Assembly (NCBI GenBank): GCA_025786725.1
Contig: JAHLTZ010000017.1
Span: forward strand, 471,327 to 535,326
DNA from: Syncephalis fuscata S228
Taxonomy: Eukaryota > Fungi > Zoopagomycota
DNA: 64,000 nt
Direction of reading: 5' to 3'
Shown here: in pieces, positions 13,566 to 27,934 of the stretch
Position numbering within the stretch: position 1 is the stretch's first letter
Layout of the letters: each line of letters starts with the position of its first letter
Position numbers and translations under genes: made by a program
Notes under the pieces: generated by a model
What the model was told of the DNA's origin: nothing
The model's database searches: none
What the model saw: the letters and a program-made list of their open reading frames with translations, nothing else

Positions 13566-14485
13566 CTAAACATGGTCGTTTTCCAACTTTTTGTTACTTG
13601 TCGCATGGCCTGACATAAAGTCAGACTTATTGGATCCAGCATCGGCTAGCTTCATTGATTTAAATCCTGAACCATAGCTAATTGTCTGGCCCATAATAAT
13701 GAAATCAACTGTCAACTGGAAAATACCACAAAGTAAAAATTGTAATGGTGCTTCTGTTGTGTAATAATAGGCGGTTTTGAATAAATCACCTCCCAACCAA
13801 CTTAATAATACAATGGGGCTATGTGCACCATATATATGTTATTATTAATACATGTCATTATATATATATCCATTTACCTAAAGCCATCAACAGATTTACG
13901 CTGATAGTTTGTAATTGCTTGGGGTACCGGTAACATTGCTTCCGTACCGACTGCCAAGTAACCAATTACATCGATATACCATTCCTTTCGTCCGAGTAAC
14001 AACTGCAGCACACCTAGACCGACCGCTATTTGGCCAAGGAAGCTAAGATAGTCGGTAAAGCGTGGCCAGCGCCATAGTCCTCGTTCATGTTGCCACGCAC
14101 CGCCCGGCTCGTCAAACGACCGACAGCGTAGACAGAGATGAAGTAGTGCAATTTGCGCTATAATCATCAACAAACTCTGCCAGAGGAGTGTGTCATCAAA
14201 ACGACGACCAAACCTACATATGGTTAGTTGTGCCAGAATCCTTATTTGAAGCGAATAGCTTACCAAAAGAATATACGTAGTAGACTTTAAAAGCCAGTAA
14301 CTTATTAGACACGAAGGGCCGCTGATACTATAAATGGTCGCTACTTACTTGCCAACCAGCAATAAACCACAGATGGCCGTGGAGAAGCCACGTCCCGAGC
14401 CAGTACGACGCATTGTATTATATTGATCGATATAAGCGGCCGGTGGGCCGAATATCATAGCCAGTTGAAAAGCAATACCAAACAT
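13566..14485 (-). CDS. PQ-loop membrane protein (PQLC1/Any1-like); 4 exons
   Basis: [97 protein letters not shown]. Confidence 0.88.
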
Positions 14486-15840
14486 GATTTAGGAATAAAC
14501 AGCAACAACAACAGCAAGTGTAAAGATGGTAACAATGGCAAATAGAAATAGAAATAAGAATGAATTTATTAGTCATTGTTGTCGTCATCTTAATATTTGA
14601 TTCACGTCACATCCACTCATACAACCACAGATAGACAGATAAATGTACATTATTCTTTAGTCAGTTTTGTTGTAGAAATTCCTACTAAACATATAATTAC
14701 TGCGTTATACTATATTGTAGAAAAAGCGTATAAAACTGTTAAAAAGTGATGCCAGAATTATATCATTTACATGAATGAATGTTTCTTTATTCTTGGGTTT
14801 AGTTGGCTTCATTATTATGACTTGAATATACGTAATGATGCCATGTATGTATAATTATATTTATGTCTATACTAGAGATATAAAATAAAGCAAAGTAGTA
14901 TTAAGTTGAGGGCATATCTAGATTAAGCCAGATTTTATTTAATGATCACATTATAATATAATAACATTAATATTATAATCTGTGCGTAGAAGACTTTGTA
15001 TGGTATATACTACAAACAAGGCATTAACCAACATGCAACTGCCTAATGGATTATAGGCGGGTTGGCACTCGTAAATGAGAATTATCACCAATTAATATGC
15101 TATGCATTGTTACAGATTATTCAAACTGATTGCATTTACAAAAATTACCTTATAGATGTATTTCAGTATTTGTACACTGTGTAGTATACGGTCTAGTCAA
15201 TTGTGTGCTTTTAAGGCTAAACAGTCAGTTAAATCGATGTTTAAGCATAACATTCTTTTCTAAAACTAAATAATTGCAACATTTATCAATTGACATCGGC
15301 ATTCAATAAAAATAGGTTTTGTATAAGCAGTTAGTTTTTATGCATTATTTTCTGAATACTTTTTATTAATAGTCGGTAAGCGACATTGTATATTGATTAA
15401 TTACACGCTAATCGCATGTTACGCATTTACGACTTTAATAGCGCGTATTTATAGTTTGTAAGTGACATTTTATATCAAGTATCTATTTGCTAATTACAGT
15501 CATAAATTGTATGCGCCTAATAATATATATATTGATTTATAATTTGATTATGTAAGAATGTTGACAACAGATACATATAATTATGATGTATTGCTATCAA
15601 TATGAATCAGCGTATGTTTAGTAAAATTGCCGTTCAAGTAACAATTTATTATCTAGAAATCATGACTATACACGCTGTCAGTTTAATCATTTGCATCCAT
15701 TTGTAACTATGTTGTGAATAGCACCAAAATTATCAGCACTATACAGTCAGCTTGATCTCATATTAGGATATGGTTGTCATGATAGTTGAATAAATACAAG
15801 ATGTGTCTTTTAACTAAACTGTTGGATATTTTATTATCAA

Positions 15841-17605
15841 TTAAGCAATATAAAGTGCATCAATAAATCCCTTGGCTACTTCTCCAATCAATGACTTATC
15901 AGGAATGGTTGCCGCCATACCGTAGATGGCCGCCTGTCCCTTCTTATTAAGCGATGGGTCGGCCCGTACCTCGTCGACAGCCGATTGCAGATCTTTACAA
16001 AACTCATCGGTGCGCTTAGCCGTCAGTAATGTGCAGGAGATGTGGACAGCATCAGGGCTTTGTAGCGAGCTAAGGTGCCAGCCACGACGAGTCATAGCAT
16101 CGTTTACTGCATGCACATTAAGTGGCGCATCAGCGCCAAATGACAAGGCTGACATAACAGGATTGCCAAGAACATGTAGACCTGGAATACGTGAAATGCC
16201 CGTCGCAATACGATGCGCACATTCAACAATTTCGCGTGTTGACTCGACATAGCCAGCCTCGCCAATCGACATTAGTGCCGTCCAGCACGAGGCAATAAGC
16301 GCACCAGGACGAGAGCCAGCAACTGAAGGCGAAGCATAGACGCCACCTACCCAGGTTGGCGTAACAAAGTACTGGTAGGCACGTAGCTCTTTTGTGCGAT
16401 ACATAATGACTGAAGTACCCTTTGGAGCAAATCCGTATTTATGCGTATCGCATGAAATCGACGTAACACCTTCAACTCGGAAATCAAATGGAGGCATATG
16501 GAAGCCGGCCTTTTCCATAAATGGCGCAATAAATCCACCTAGACAGCAATCGACATGCATGCCAATATTGTATCTCTTGGCTAGCTTGCCCAGTGCTGTG
16601 ATATCATCGATTGTGCCGTAAGGGAAGTTGGGTGCAGATCCAGCAAGCATAATAGTATTACGATTGATAGCACGACGTACTTTACGTAAATCGACCTGGA
16701 ATGTCGTTTGGTCGACAGGTATGTGTACCAAACGAATACCGAAATAACTTGCTGCTTTATCGAATGCTGCATGGATTGAGGCTGGTACAATCATCTCTGG
16801 CTCGGTGATGCCCTTCGTTTCACGGGCCCAGTCGCGATATGCTTTGCAGGCCATAAGTAAACTTTCTGTACCACCACTTGTCATAACACCGCCAGCCGAT
16901 TTAGGTGCATGATACATGTGCAATACCATAGCCACTGCTTCTGCCTCCATCTTACGTACTCCCGGGAATACTTCGGGATGTAGCGGATTGCTTACGTTGA
17001 ATAGACGATAAGCCTCGGTACATAGATCTGATAGTTTTTCACCGCCATGATATACAGCACCTGAAATACGGCCATCCCTCCAATCTACCTTAGATAGATG
17101 GTGGTATCTGATTAATTGCATGATTAGCATTATAATTACTACATCAATCCATCTATTAAATTGCTCACTTTTGAAGTTCTGCACGGACCTGCTCATCAGT
17201 AAAGCCTTGTTTCGGCAATGAAAGATAGCGAGTCTCGCCAGGCTGCATTGGCGCAACATCCTCTTGTATCTTATGAATCACTTTATCGAGTTCAGCCTGG
17301 ATTTTGCCTTGAACGCCAGGCAACTTCTTTGCTTTATTAAGCACCACCTAAATCGATAAGTGCCAGTCAGTACATGGATAATAATAAAGCTAGTATATCA
17401 ACGCCACTACCTTAATAACTGCTTGTTTCCATTCAAGCAATAGACCAATAGGGCCACGTAAGCGAAGTAAATAGAAGAAACGTGACAAGAAACGATAGAC
17501 CACGACAAGCAACAGTACATTCTTGGCCAGTTCAACTCGTGGCGACTGCAACAACTGCTGCACAACCAACCAGGATATTGCTAGTCGAGATTGTACATTG
17601 GCCAT
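15841..17605 (-). CDS. DPL1: Sphingosine-1-phosphate lyase (PLP-dependent); 3 exons
   Basis: ISGAVYHGG, SNPLHPEVFPGVRKMEAE, TSGGTESLLMACKAYRD, HVDCCLGGF, SISCDTHKYGFAPKG. Confidence 0.96.
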
Positions 17606-18244
17606 GATAGTCGAAGCAATAACAAGACAAGAAGAATAACTAAAGAGGAAGAGGAGGAAAAAGAGAGGTTTAAGAAAATAAGGCGGCTTAAACCAAGAAC
17701 ATGGCAGATAAAGTCGTGCCGATGAGTGGGGTAGTGCAGTCTTGATCGTAATGTTCGGCAATGAAATGACCGACCAATTCCAAAAGCACGTCACTTAAGA
17801 ATGGTTTCTCTTCTTTAGTCAGGCCTTTTTGGCCAATGCTTAATACAAAATAACTGTATTAAATGCCAGACAAGGCACAAGTATCAGATGGTTGGCAGGT
17901 GATCAGGGCCGCGTGAATTCATCATGGAGCCTATAGCTGCTCTTTACACAAATACAATAGTTTGTAGCCAGTTATAGAAATAAGATCTATTTACAAGTTG
18001 CCAATAGCATCCCATTGTACCTATTATGAATAGTAAATTGGTGTAATTGAAGACAACTATGTATATATCAATAGCTAGTATTCTTACTAATAATTGTATG
18101 ATTGTTTAAATGGATACAAAATATAGATGTTACAAGTAAATTATAAGTTAATTGATTAGCTATTGTCATCATCACAAAACAAGTGTACTGTAAATTGGCA
18201 ATGAAAAGTATCTTTTCCCGTTAGCGTTTCTTTTTCACTTGAAG

Positions 18245-18700
18245 ATGTTTGGCCGTCATTCCTATGCTATACCAACACGACTACTTGGAAATCGTGTAGT
18301 GTCTGTTGGTATGCATAGTTGGTCGGCAGGTAGAAGTAGTGGTCGTCCACGAGGTCGGCTTAATCAGTTGGCACGACGCCACCCGATACTACTTTTTGGA
18401 TTTCCATTTTGCTCTTTAATGGTTGCCGGGTCTTTTCTATTGACGGAACTGACACAAACACGCTATGATTTACGGGCCCGTACAGTTAGCAAGGTTAATC
18501 AGGAAACACGTCTACGTATAGAGTCAGGTAAACGCGCATTATCATTACAAGAAGAGTACTGGGTAAGATAGTTCGATAACTAAACAATAGTCCTTTAATA
18601 TTAACTATTGCTGTTTTGTTAGCGTTTAACTCAAGAGGATGACGAGGCTGATGCTTGGGAAGTGGCACGAATTGAACGGCCAGCTGATGAGCCACAGTAA
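18245..18700 (+). CDS. COX16: Cytochrome c oxidase assembly protein Cox16; 2 exons
   Basis: RRHPILLFGFPFCSLMVAGSFLLTELTQTRYD, LSLQEEYW|RL..DAWEVARIERP. Confidence 0.9.
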
Positions 18701-18916
18701 TACGTTTATGTACATCATCGTTCATTATAATAAAGTCGTTTATTGAACATGTTAATACCATTGAAATGATCTACATCATTTGTAAATATAAACTAACCAT
18801 TGAATTAAATTAAATTTAAAATTCTAGATAAATGTTTTAAATAAAAGTTACGAGCAATAACAAAATAAAAGATCTGTGTAATTTTAATACTAATGTCATA
18901 GCTAAACAATCGCCTA

Positions 18917-19371
18917 TTATCCGCTAAAGAGTCGGCTCCATAGACTGGGACGAACATTGGGATTTTTTTGAACACGCTCTAATTCGCGCATCAATTTCGT
19001 GTAATAATTTGGATTACCGGCTGGACTTAGCATACGCTCAGATAACGGATTCTAAGTATTAAAGAAACGTAGATTAGTATCATTGGTATTAACAATATAA
19101 GTAGTAGCTTTTTTTTACTTACTTCTTGCTTATATTGATTGTTTAATAATTGTTCCAACGCTCTGATATGCTCATTTAGTTCCCGTCTACGCCATGTCGC
19201 CTTTTCACCAGTTGCTTGTTCTTCGAATTTACTACGAATAGCCTGCCGAAGTGCTACAGGAAAGTTAGCGTTGGGCCGTAGTGGATCGTCAGGCCAACGG
19301 TAGGCCAGTCGTAGTAATTGGCGGTATAGACTGCGTGCCGACGCAGCACTCGTTACATTAACACCACTCAT
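18917..19371 (-). CDS. CBP6: Complex III assembly factor Cbp6/UQCC2-like; 2 exons
   Basis: LYRQLLRLAYRWPDDPLRP, ALEQLLNNQYKQE|YPLSERMLSPAGNPNYYTKLMREL. Confidence 0.82.
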
Positions 19372-19647
19372 AGCAACACTGAGTAATAGATAGTGTTCCT
19401 ATAACAATTATACGTATGATCTCCAGTAAATACGGTCTACTATTGAAACCAAAGCAATATAGTCAAGTGTCGTAAAGTGTTGGTCAAGTTTGCTAACAAT
19501 TTAAAAGAAAAAATCAATCAAATAATAGTTACCGCTATTAATTTCATTTATGATTTGTTTACACTTTGCAATTTCTACCTTTTTCATTTATAGTTGATAA
19601 ACGTTTATTGTATTTACACTGGTGCAAGCATTTCAACTAACTACAGA

Positions 19648-20797
19648 ATGGCTGACTCTAAACAGTTGTTTGATGACCCGGAAGATTTGACGATGGACGA
19701 TTCCGAGTGGGATGTAGAGTCTGACGCGTCAGCTTTGATTACGCACGCGAGAAAGCGCTCTGCAACTGAAGCGCTTGACTTTGAGAAGTACATGGACAAT
19801 AATGAAGGATTTTTAGTAGAGGATCCAAATATGTCTTCATATAACTATGAAGATTCAATGATATCTGATTCTTTTAACAAAGAGGCAGACGGCGATATCG
19901 ACAATAATAATCATAACAACAGCGGCGATAACAACAACAATAACGACGACGACGACGACGACGACAATAATAATAATACTAATAATAATAATAACGACGA
20001 TATTAAGGATAGTGCAGCTGAAGAAGATGCAACACTAGGTGAATATCAGAAATTAAAAAATGAATTAGCCACAATACAAAGTATGACAAGCGCAATTGAG
20101 AAGATTACTGCAAATTTTAAAGTATCACAACAAGGAATGATTGTATGTAATAATTAGCAAATAGTATATAATAGCATATTAATTAGTGTAATGAATAGCA
20201 ATTTACCGAGACTATAATCCGAACAGATCAATTATTAGACACTTGGATCCGTCTTTTATCCCAAGCAGAATATACGAAATCATTGCTGCAAAATGAACAG
20301 TGGCACGGTGTTTCAATGGTAAGTTTTAAGAGCCGACAATCGCACAAATACCGACAATTCCCTCTAGGATATTGCAAATGAACAGCGTGAAGAAGAAGGA
20401 CGCCAACTAGCACTTGAACAAGAACGTATAAAAGGTAGATTACTTATAGTATGGTATTAATTGTTTATCTAACTTAAATCTAGCGGAACAAGCTGCTGCT
20501 TTGGCTCAAGCAATGGCCAAACAATCGGCTACTAGTAAAACTGATCGTGGTAATGGCGAATCATCATCCTTGTCAACAACAAGAGGACGTGGTCGTGGTC
20601 GTGGTCGTGGTGTTAGAGGTCGTGGCCGTGGTGTTAGTGCTACAAGTACAAGTTCAACGAGAGCAACAACAGCACCTTCCAGTACTTCAACGTCAAAAAT
20701 ACCCAAAACACAAACTAGATTAGCATCAACGACACAATCTCGATATCAAAGTTCATTAAGAACAAGGAGTGTTAGTCGTAATAGTAATAATAACTAA
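19648..20797 (+). CDS. DUO1: DASH complex subunit Duo1-like; 4 exons
   Basis: LKNELATIQSMTSAIEKI..|QFTETIIRTDQLLDTWIRLLSQAEYTKSLLQNEQWHG; acidic/Asn-rich N-term and RG-rich C-term. Confidence 0.8.
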
Positions 20798-21134
20798 CTT
20801 TTAACTATTTCAATATTATTAAATAAATATTAAAAAGTGTATTTGAATTGATATTTATTTTAATAATTGTATTAATCAATAGGTATCGAATTAATTATTA
20901 CCGATTTGACATGTTCAGAGCACAGTAAAATGGCCAATGTATCTACAGCTCAGTCTTGGATATGACATCTAGTTATTGCTGAAAGACTACAAAGAATGCT
21001 TGTTTCAAAACAGAGCCAACAATAAGCTGATTACCAAATTAGATTGGAGGACTTTGAACGTTCATTGTTATGTGCAACTGAGCGGTAAAAAGAATGACAG
21101 ACGCAACACTTGTTACTTGCACTCAGTAAGAAGT

Positions 21135-21255
21135 ATACACCCACCCACATACACACATACACACATACACACATACGCACACCCACACCCACACACATGC
21201 ACGCATTCGTCTATCCACATTGGAAGTAGTCCAAACATACACACACACACACACT
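21135..21255. repeat. Imperfect (CA)n tract upstream of LRG1
   Basis: cacccacccacatacacacatacacac... seen directly. Confidence 0.8.
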
Positions 21256-21606
21256 TTCTTTCTTCGCACGCTTACACTTTCATCATCTCGCCACCGCCAT
21301 AGCTTTTCGTTTATCTACTACTTGCTACGGCATTGTGGTTTACTACTCTATTCTATTTGCCGTCTCGTTTCGTACCTTCTGTTGTTGGTAGCGCACGCAC
21401 ACACGCACGCACGCACACCCCGCCGCCGTCCTACCATATTACTTCTCCACTACCTCCGCCATCGCCACTCTTCTGTTCTGACTATCTCAGCGTTGTTATT
21501 TATCGTTTACTAGGATTGCTGCTTGGTCTTAGTTGTGGGTAGGTAGTCTTTAATGCAGGATGCTACAGTACATCTCTATTATAAAGGTGGACAGGCTCAC
21601 AGTCAC

Positions 21607-21741
21607 TGCATCGATTCATCATTGGTGCATATATACTACATCTAGTCACCTCACAGTCAAATGGGTGGTTAATTAGAAGATGGGCAAAGGACTTGCCTGT
21701 CACCGTGCTTGCCAAGGCGAGTCTGCGGTTGCAGGACATGG
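21607..21741 (+). ncRNA. Candidate structured RNA (H/ACA-like) in a putative 5'UTR intron of LRG1
   Basis: Hairpin, AAAGGA (ANANNA, 21686-21691), hairpin, ACA (21736-21738). Lies inside a GT(21539)..AG(21811) segment. Confidence 0.4.
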
Positions 21742-22171
21742 TTGCTTCTAAAGCCATATGAAGCTATCAATCTAGCAATACTAATACTGTTGCTGTGTCC
21801 ATCTATCGTAGACTTTTGGAATTCCAGTCGCATTTAACTTTTCGCAAAGACGGGTGTAGCACGCCACGCTTTTATTTAGAGCAGGTAGATCATTGTGTGG
21901 AATCATTATAACAGCAACAGCAACAGCAAGAATAGCAATAGTAACAGTAGTTGAATTGCCACGAAGGTAAGCTAGATCTAAATACAGTAGCATAAATACA
22001 GTACAAATGCTACTATTAGCAACTTTTATGGTGATATATCTGTACTTACGTCAATTATAACGATAGTTATCGTTGTTACTATTATTGTAGTAGTTGTAGT
22101 AGTTGTAGTAGTTGCGGCTATTCCTGCTGTAGTAAACAGTCGGCAGTGGGACTACTTTGAATAACACTAGC

Positions 22172-25100
22172 ATGCCGACAGATACGACTGTTGCGACAAG
22201 CAACAAACAATTTGCCGAATCAACGCCAAATATCGGCAGCAATGGCGCTCGTGTCAATGTGCCTAATCGGCCAACCTCTGTTGTAACGCATGAGTTAGAT
22301 ACTAGCAATATGGTCTCACCTCTTGGATCGCCTGTACAGCGTCATAGCGGAACAGTCATTCAAATGAATAAACGCAGCGACAGCGAGAATGCCACGATGG
22401 ATATGCTGGAGCAATCGGCGGAAAGTCCTATCGACTTGGACGAAGACGCACAAACCACAACTTGTCGTCGTTGTCAAATTGTTATCGCTGAAGGGCAGTT
22501 AGTACGAGCATTGGGCGGATCTTATCATATGGAATGTTTCCGCTGTATTGTAAGTTACACCCAAATTACTATAATTAATATTGGTGTAATATTTACGTAT
22601 CATTACGTATTATTTAAATTTAGGACTGCAATGAAATTGTTGCCAACAAGTTCTTCCCCATCACTGATGCTGATGGTAACCAACATCCTACATGCGAGCG
22701 CGACTATTTCCGTCGTCTTAACCTTATTTGCGATCAGTGTAAGGATCCATTACGTGGCTCTTACATCACGGCATTAGGTCGTAAATTTCACATGGATCAT
22801 TTCTCCTGCTCGGCATGTAACACGGTATTTGGTCCACAAGATTCTTATTACGAACACGATAGCAAAGTTTATTGCCACTATCACTACTCGATTCGCTTTG
22901 CCGGTAAATGTGCCGGTTGTCGATACGCAATTATGAAACAGTTTGTTGAAATCAGCAAAGTTAATGCTGATGAGCATTGGCATCCAGAGTGCTATATGAT
23001 TAATAAGGTATTTGACTTGATCATATCAACTAGTAATAGCTTTATAACCAATGTATTTAGTTTTGGAATGTCCGATTGGCCAATACGTTACGATCCGACG
23101 AAGCTACCGAATTATCAGGTAATTAGCTTGTAAATTGGCTATAATGCATGCTAAATGATGCTACAATAGACGATATGCATCCACAGACCACAAAACGACT
23201 CAAGTACGAGCAGGAACAGATGGAAGAGAAAGTCTATCAAATATGGACGGCTCTATCGGCATTTGAAGAATCGTCGGCTGCATGTATTTCAGAAATGCTT
23301 CTACACGTTTCAAATGGTGCCTATCTAGACGGTGTACGTATGGCAGGTGCATTTATTCTTCACGTCGAAGTTTTATTTGCAAGCATCGACTATTTAGAAG
23401 AGAAAATGGCCGAACATCATGACAATACAGGTGAGAAAGCATTGATGCAGCCATTAGTGATAGCAAGTATTAATTAATATTACGGTTTCTAATGGCAATC
23501 GTCTAGGTCTTATTCATACCAAGGAGCCAAAGCTGCTTTGTAAAAAGATCATTAGCTTCTTTACCATCCTATCACACACACAAGAAGTAGGCGTGCAAAT
23601 GGTGGGCGTTACACAAGAGTTGCTGCAATTAGTAACGCGCTTGGCACACTTTTTAAAAAATCTGATTCGAATTGCACTGACGGGCGCACTACGTTTGGTA
23701 ACTATGCACGATTAACTTTATTGTACGGATTGGAGACTGACTCGTCGCGAATAGGAACACCAATATGGCAGTACCATGGCGGTCTACGATTTTCTTAACA
23801 AAATTACCGAGCTAGCGGGACACTCACATGCTAATCCGGTCGATTTAGACCTTGAACCTACATCGGATCAGTGCCGGCTCTGTCACGTTACTCTTGAAGA
23901 GCCATGTATACGCAATGGAAGCTCACGCTGGCATCTAGGCTGTCTACGCTGCAACCGATGTGATCGTTTACTAAACGATGACCTTGATGCACTACGACTA
24001 AGTGAACAAGACCAAATACTATGGTGCATTACTTGTGCCAGTTCGACCAATGTTGTTGTTATTGATGGATTCAGAAGGATAACGCAACTTGAACAGTACA
24101 CATTCCTACTTCGTGTGGCCCAACAACGACTAACTGGTCTATTGAAGATGAAGGGTGCCAAATTGACTATGGCCACCGATCGACACGGTGTTAACGATAT
24201 GGGTGCACCAACAGGGATGGCCGGCGATGATCCATCTGGTCCATTTGCCGCACTGCAACGTGCATCACAACTTGACAAACGACTAAGTAATTCGACTTAT
24301 CTTGCCCGACGTCAAACACTTGTTAGACATCATGATGAGCCGGCCCATCACACACTAGTCGATGTCGGTACCGGTGCCAAGGTGGCCCGTCGTGAAGATT
24401 CGGTTTCTATTAAGAATGCCCATTCACCGGTAAACGATGACATGAAAGGAGCCAGCGGCCATCTCCACTCTGGTCAACCACGTGAATCGCGCCAATACTT
24501 GTCGGAACTATCAGCACTACACTCATTTATTGTACGCCATATTGCCGTCATGCTTATGGCTCCTCTAGTACAGGAGTACTTTACACTGGATGATTTACTT
24601 GAATTAGTTGATCCACAAAAGAATACGCTATGGTCACGATTTAAAACATCATTAAAGCAAGGTAAAAAGCCTGCTAAAGGTAAGCAATTAATTACTAAAG
24701 CTTTACATCAATATTGATTAACTAATCATTTGCTTATTAATTAATATTAATGTAATGTAATTAATTAGAGGGTACATTCTGTGTTCCACTTGAATTGTTG
24801 GTCGAGAAAAGTGGTGTTGATTCTACTTTGGGTGTAGGCCCAGGTATTGTACGTATTCCTGAATTTGTAGATCGATGCATTACTGCCATACGTCATATGG
24901 GTAAGTTAAAAGACGGATGAATAGGATGTGTATATTAATTCATCAATACAACCACTAGATGTTACTGTCGAGGGTATATTCCGAAAGAATGGCAATATTC
25001 GACGAATGAGTGAACAAATTGAAGCAATTAACCGCAATCCAGCATCAGTTAAATTGATTGATGAGAATCCAGTTCAATTGGCAGCCTTGCTAAAACGTTT

Positions 25101-26091
25101 TCTTCGAGAGTTGCCTGAACCACTTCTTACATTTAAGTTGCATCGCATGTTTACCGTATCTCAACGTAAGTTACTTAATATAAATATAAATATATACACA
25201 CATACATATATGATTAGTTAATTAACCCTATTTTATTATTATGACTATTATGACTATTATGACTATTATTAGGTATTGATGATGCAGAGACACGTAAAAA
25301 AGTATTGCATTATGCATGCTGTATTCTACCTGAAGAGAACCGTGAATTAATGGAAGTGCTATTTATCTTTTTCAACTGGATTTCATCGCATGCTTATATC
25401 GATGAAATGACTGGCAATAAGATGGATCTTAGTAATATGGCCACAGTTATTACACCAAGTATTTTATATTCAAAATCAAAGGATCCATCGAAAGACGATT
25501 CATTCTTAGCCAACGAAGCAGTACATAGTTTATTACATGACTTGGAAGAATTTGCACTGGTAAGTACCACTAATTGAATAATATATCTATCTATTTATTG
25601 ATCTATTTATTTATTAATCTATCTATTTATTTATTAATCTATTTATTTATTAATAGGTACCTGATGAAATAGCAGATATTCTATACGAGGATTTCAATGA
25701 TATTAATACGAGTCTATCAAGCAAAGACATTCTTAAAAAGTGTGAGAATCTAGTAAGATCACGTCGCAATCCTGCACGTCGTCGTGTCCCTCCATCTCAT
25801 AATGGAGGTGGGGCACGTGCACCTATCGATGTAGGATTGGCCAGTGGTACAGCGACTACATCCAATTCAGTATCAGTATTAAAATCACCATCCTCACCAC
25901 CACCCTACAGTAATAACAGTAATAGTAGTGGTAACAATAATAACAACGCATCCCATTCCACTATAGCCAGTGCAATCACTTCTACCACTAATAATGCGAC
26001 AGCAGTGACGGCACTACCACACGCTTCATCATCGGCACCTCCTCCGACAGGTGATCGTGTACCGTTACCGGCAGCAGTGGATCATTGCTAA
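22172..26091 (+). CDS. LRG1: LIM-domain RhoGAP (Lrg1/Rga1-like); multi-exon
   Basis: LIM domains (CRRC..YHMECFRC; HMDHFSCSAC..YCHYHY; CRLC..WHLGCLRC), LSAFEESSAACISEMLLHVS, GAP motif VEGIFRKNGNIR, QLAALLKRFLRELPEPLLT. Confidence 0.93.
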
Positions 26092-26457
26092 TTAATTAGT
26101 TATTTCTATTACTTCTATTTCTATTACTATCCCTACTATTAACAATAACAACACCAACAACCTATCACACATTACATTACATTACATCCAGCTACATCAA
26201 CAACCATCAACCAGCATATTGTCTGTGTCGTTTCATCTCCTTATACTCGATGTGTCTATATCGGTATACGGTGAGCGTGATTCTTACTTTGTCTGTGTCG
26301 TGAATAAGTCGACGCTTGTTGTCCTTTTGTTTTCTCTACATACATACATACATACATACATACATACAGACACAGGCGCACATTTCATCTGTGTCGTTTA
26401 TTATTCATTTTAAAAAGAGTGTACGCCTTGTTGCATTATTCATTTATTTGCTTTCAT

Positions 26458-27934
26458 TTAATTGTATCGAAATACCAATGCTACGCCGTCATCGGCACCT
26501 GTTACTAGTGTCTTTTTATCACATGAAATGGCAAAGTCAAGAATAGTTTCTTGATGGCCATGCCATTCTTTTAAGCATTGGCCGGTTAGACCGTCCCAAA
26601 TACGAACAGTGCAATCAGCTGAACACGTAATAAGCCAGGTAGTGGATGGCACCCATCGAGTACGAATAACGGCATCTTCATGTTGTAACGTATGGCGTAG
26701 TCGAAAAGTAGTAGTGTCCCAAATGTTGACTGTGCCATCTAAAGAACCAGCCGCTAACAAAGGCATGCTATAAATATAGATGGATATAATTTAAATAAAT
26801 AATGATTAGTGTGTTGAATTATCAATAGTATCGATAACTTACTTATCGTTAAAATCGACCGATTCAACAGCATCAGTATTGTTCTCTAATGAGCCTAATA
26901 TTTGGCCATTGTGTAAATGTATTAATTTGACTGTATTATCACTTGCACCCGTGGCAACCAGTGTACTGTCGTGATTAACTGCCAGTGCTGTTACTACACC
27001 ACTATGGAAACGTGCATCGTCACCGGTAATACGTGTTACGGCAGCGGCAGTCTTTGGATCCCATACAATAAGCGATCCATCCTCAGATCCAGATACGATG
27101 GCCTTGCCGTCGCGTGTAAATTGACCACACGTCACTGCATCTGAATGGCCGGCAAATACGTGCATGCATCGACCCGATGGCACTTGCCACATCCAAAGGG
27201 TTGTATCGCGTGCACCGGCCAGGAGGATGTTGCCTTTAGAATGCCAGTTAATCCATTCGATTTCCTCGGGCCCGTCGAGTGTGACGACAAGTGTACCGCT
27301 CGGCACTTGCCATACGTGAACCTTACCATCCATACCACCGGTGGCTAGATAGGTGCCATCGGCACTAAAAGCAATTGATGTAACGGAATCGGTATGGCCA
27401 CTTAACTCAACCAAAGTCTCTCCCGTATCAGCTCGCCACAAATAAGCTTTATCGTCGCCGCCTCCCGTGGCAAATAAGTAAGGCTCTGTGGGATGGGCTG
27501 CTACACAATACACTGGTTCTGTAACAATTAAAGCTAGTTAATTATTTAAAATGTTATATTAATGATTAATTTTACCTTTATGAGCAAAGAATCCCTGTAC
27601 GGAATCATCTTTAAATTCCTCCATATCCTCGTCCATTTCTATTATACAGTAGTATATTGTTAACACTGCTATCCAGCACTATTGGTGCTCTTACCTGTTC
27701 CGGCAATGGGCATTGGTTCTTCACCGTCGTCGTCGTCGTCGTCTTCTTCTATAGGTTCTTCACCCGCTGTAACGTCAATTATTTGCTCAACATCGTCTGC
27801 TTCAACAAATTCCTCAGCTACATTGTCGCTGGACTCGGTAGCCTCGACAGGAATATCGTTAGACTAATAGTTTATAACAGTCAGTACTGATAAAGGTGTG
27901 GTCTTTAGCTTACTTCAAAATGATTGTTAGACAT
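26458..27934 (-). CDS. SQT1: WD40 ribosome assembly chaperone Sqt1/AAMP; 5 exons
   Basis: Acidic N-term, DDSVQGFFAHK, FATGGGDDKAYLW, GPEEIEWINWHSKGNILLAG, multiple WD repeats. Confidence 0.9.

Noticed and set aside
15926-16790. Antisense and alternate-frame ORFs over DPL1, and similar ones over other genes
   Set aside because: Shadow ORFs of real coding exons, with no motifs of their own.
17820-17840. U2 snRNA-like ggcctttttggcc hairpin
   Set aside because: No following branch-point-pairing GTGTAGTA or Sm site.
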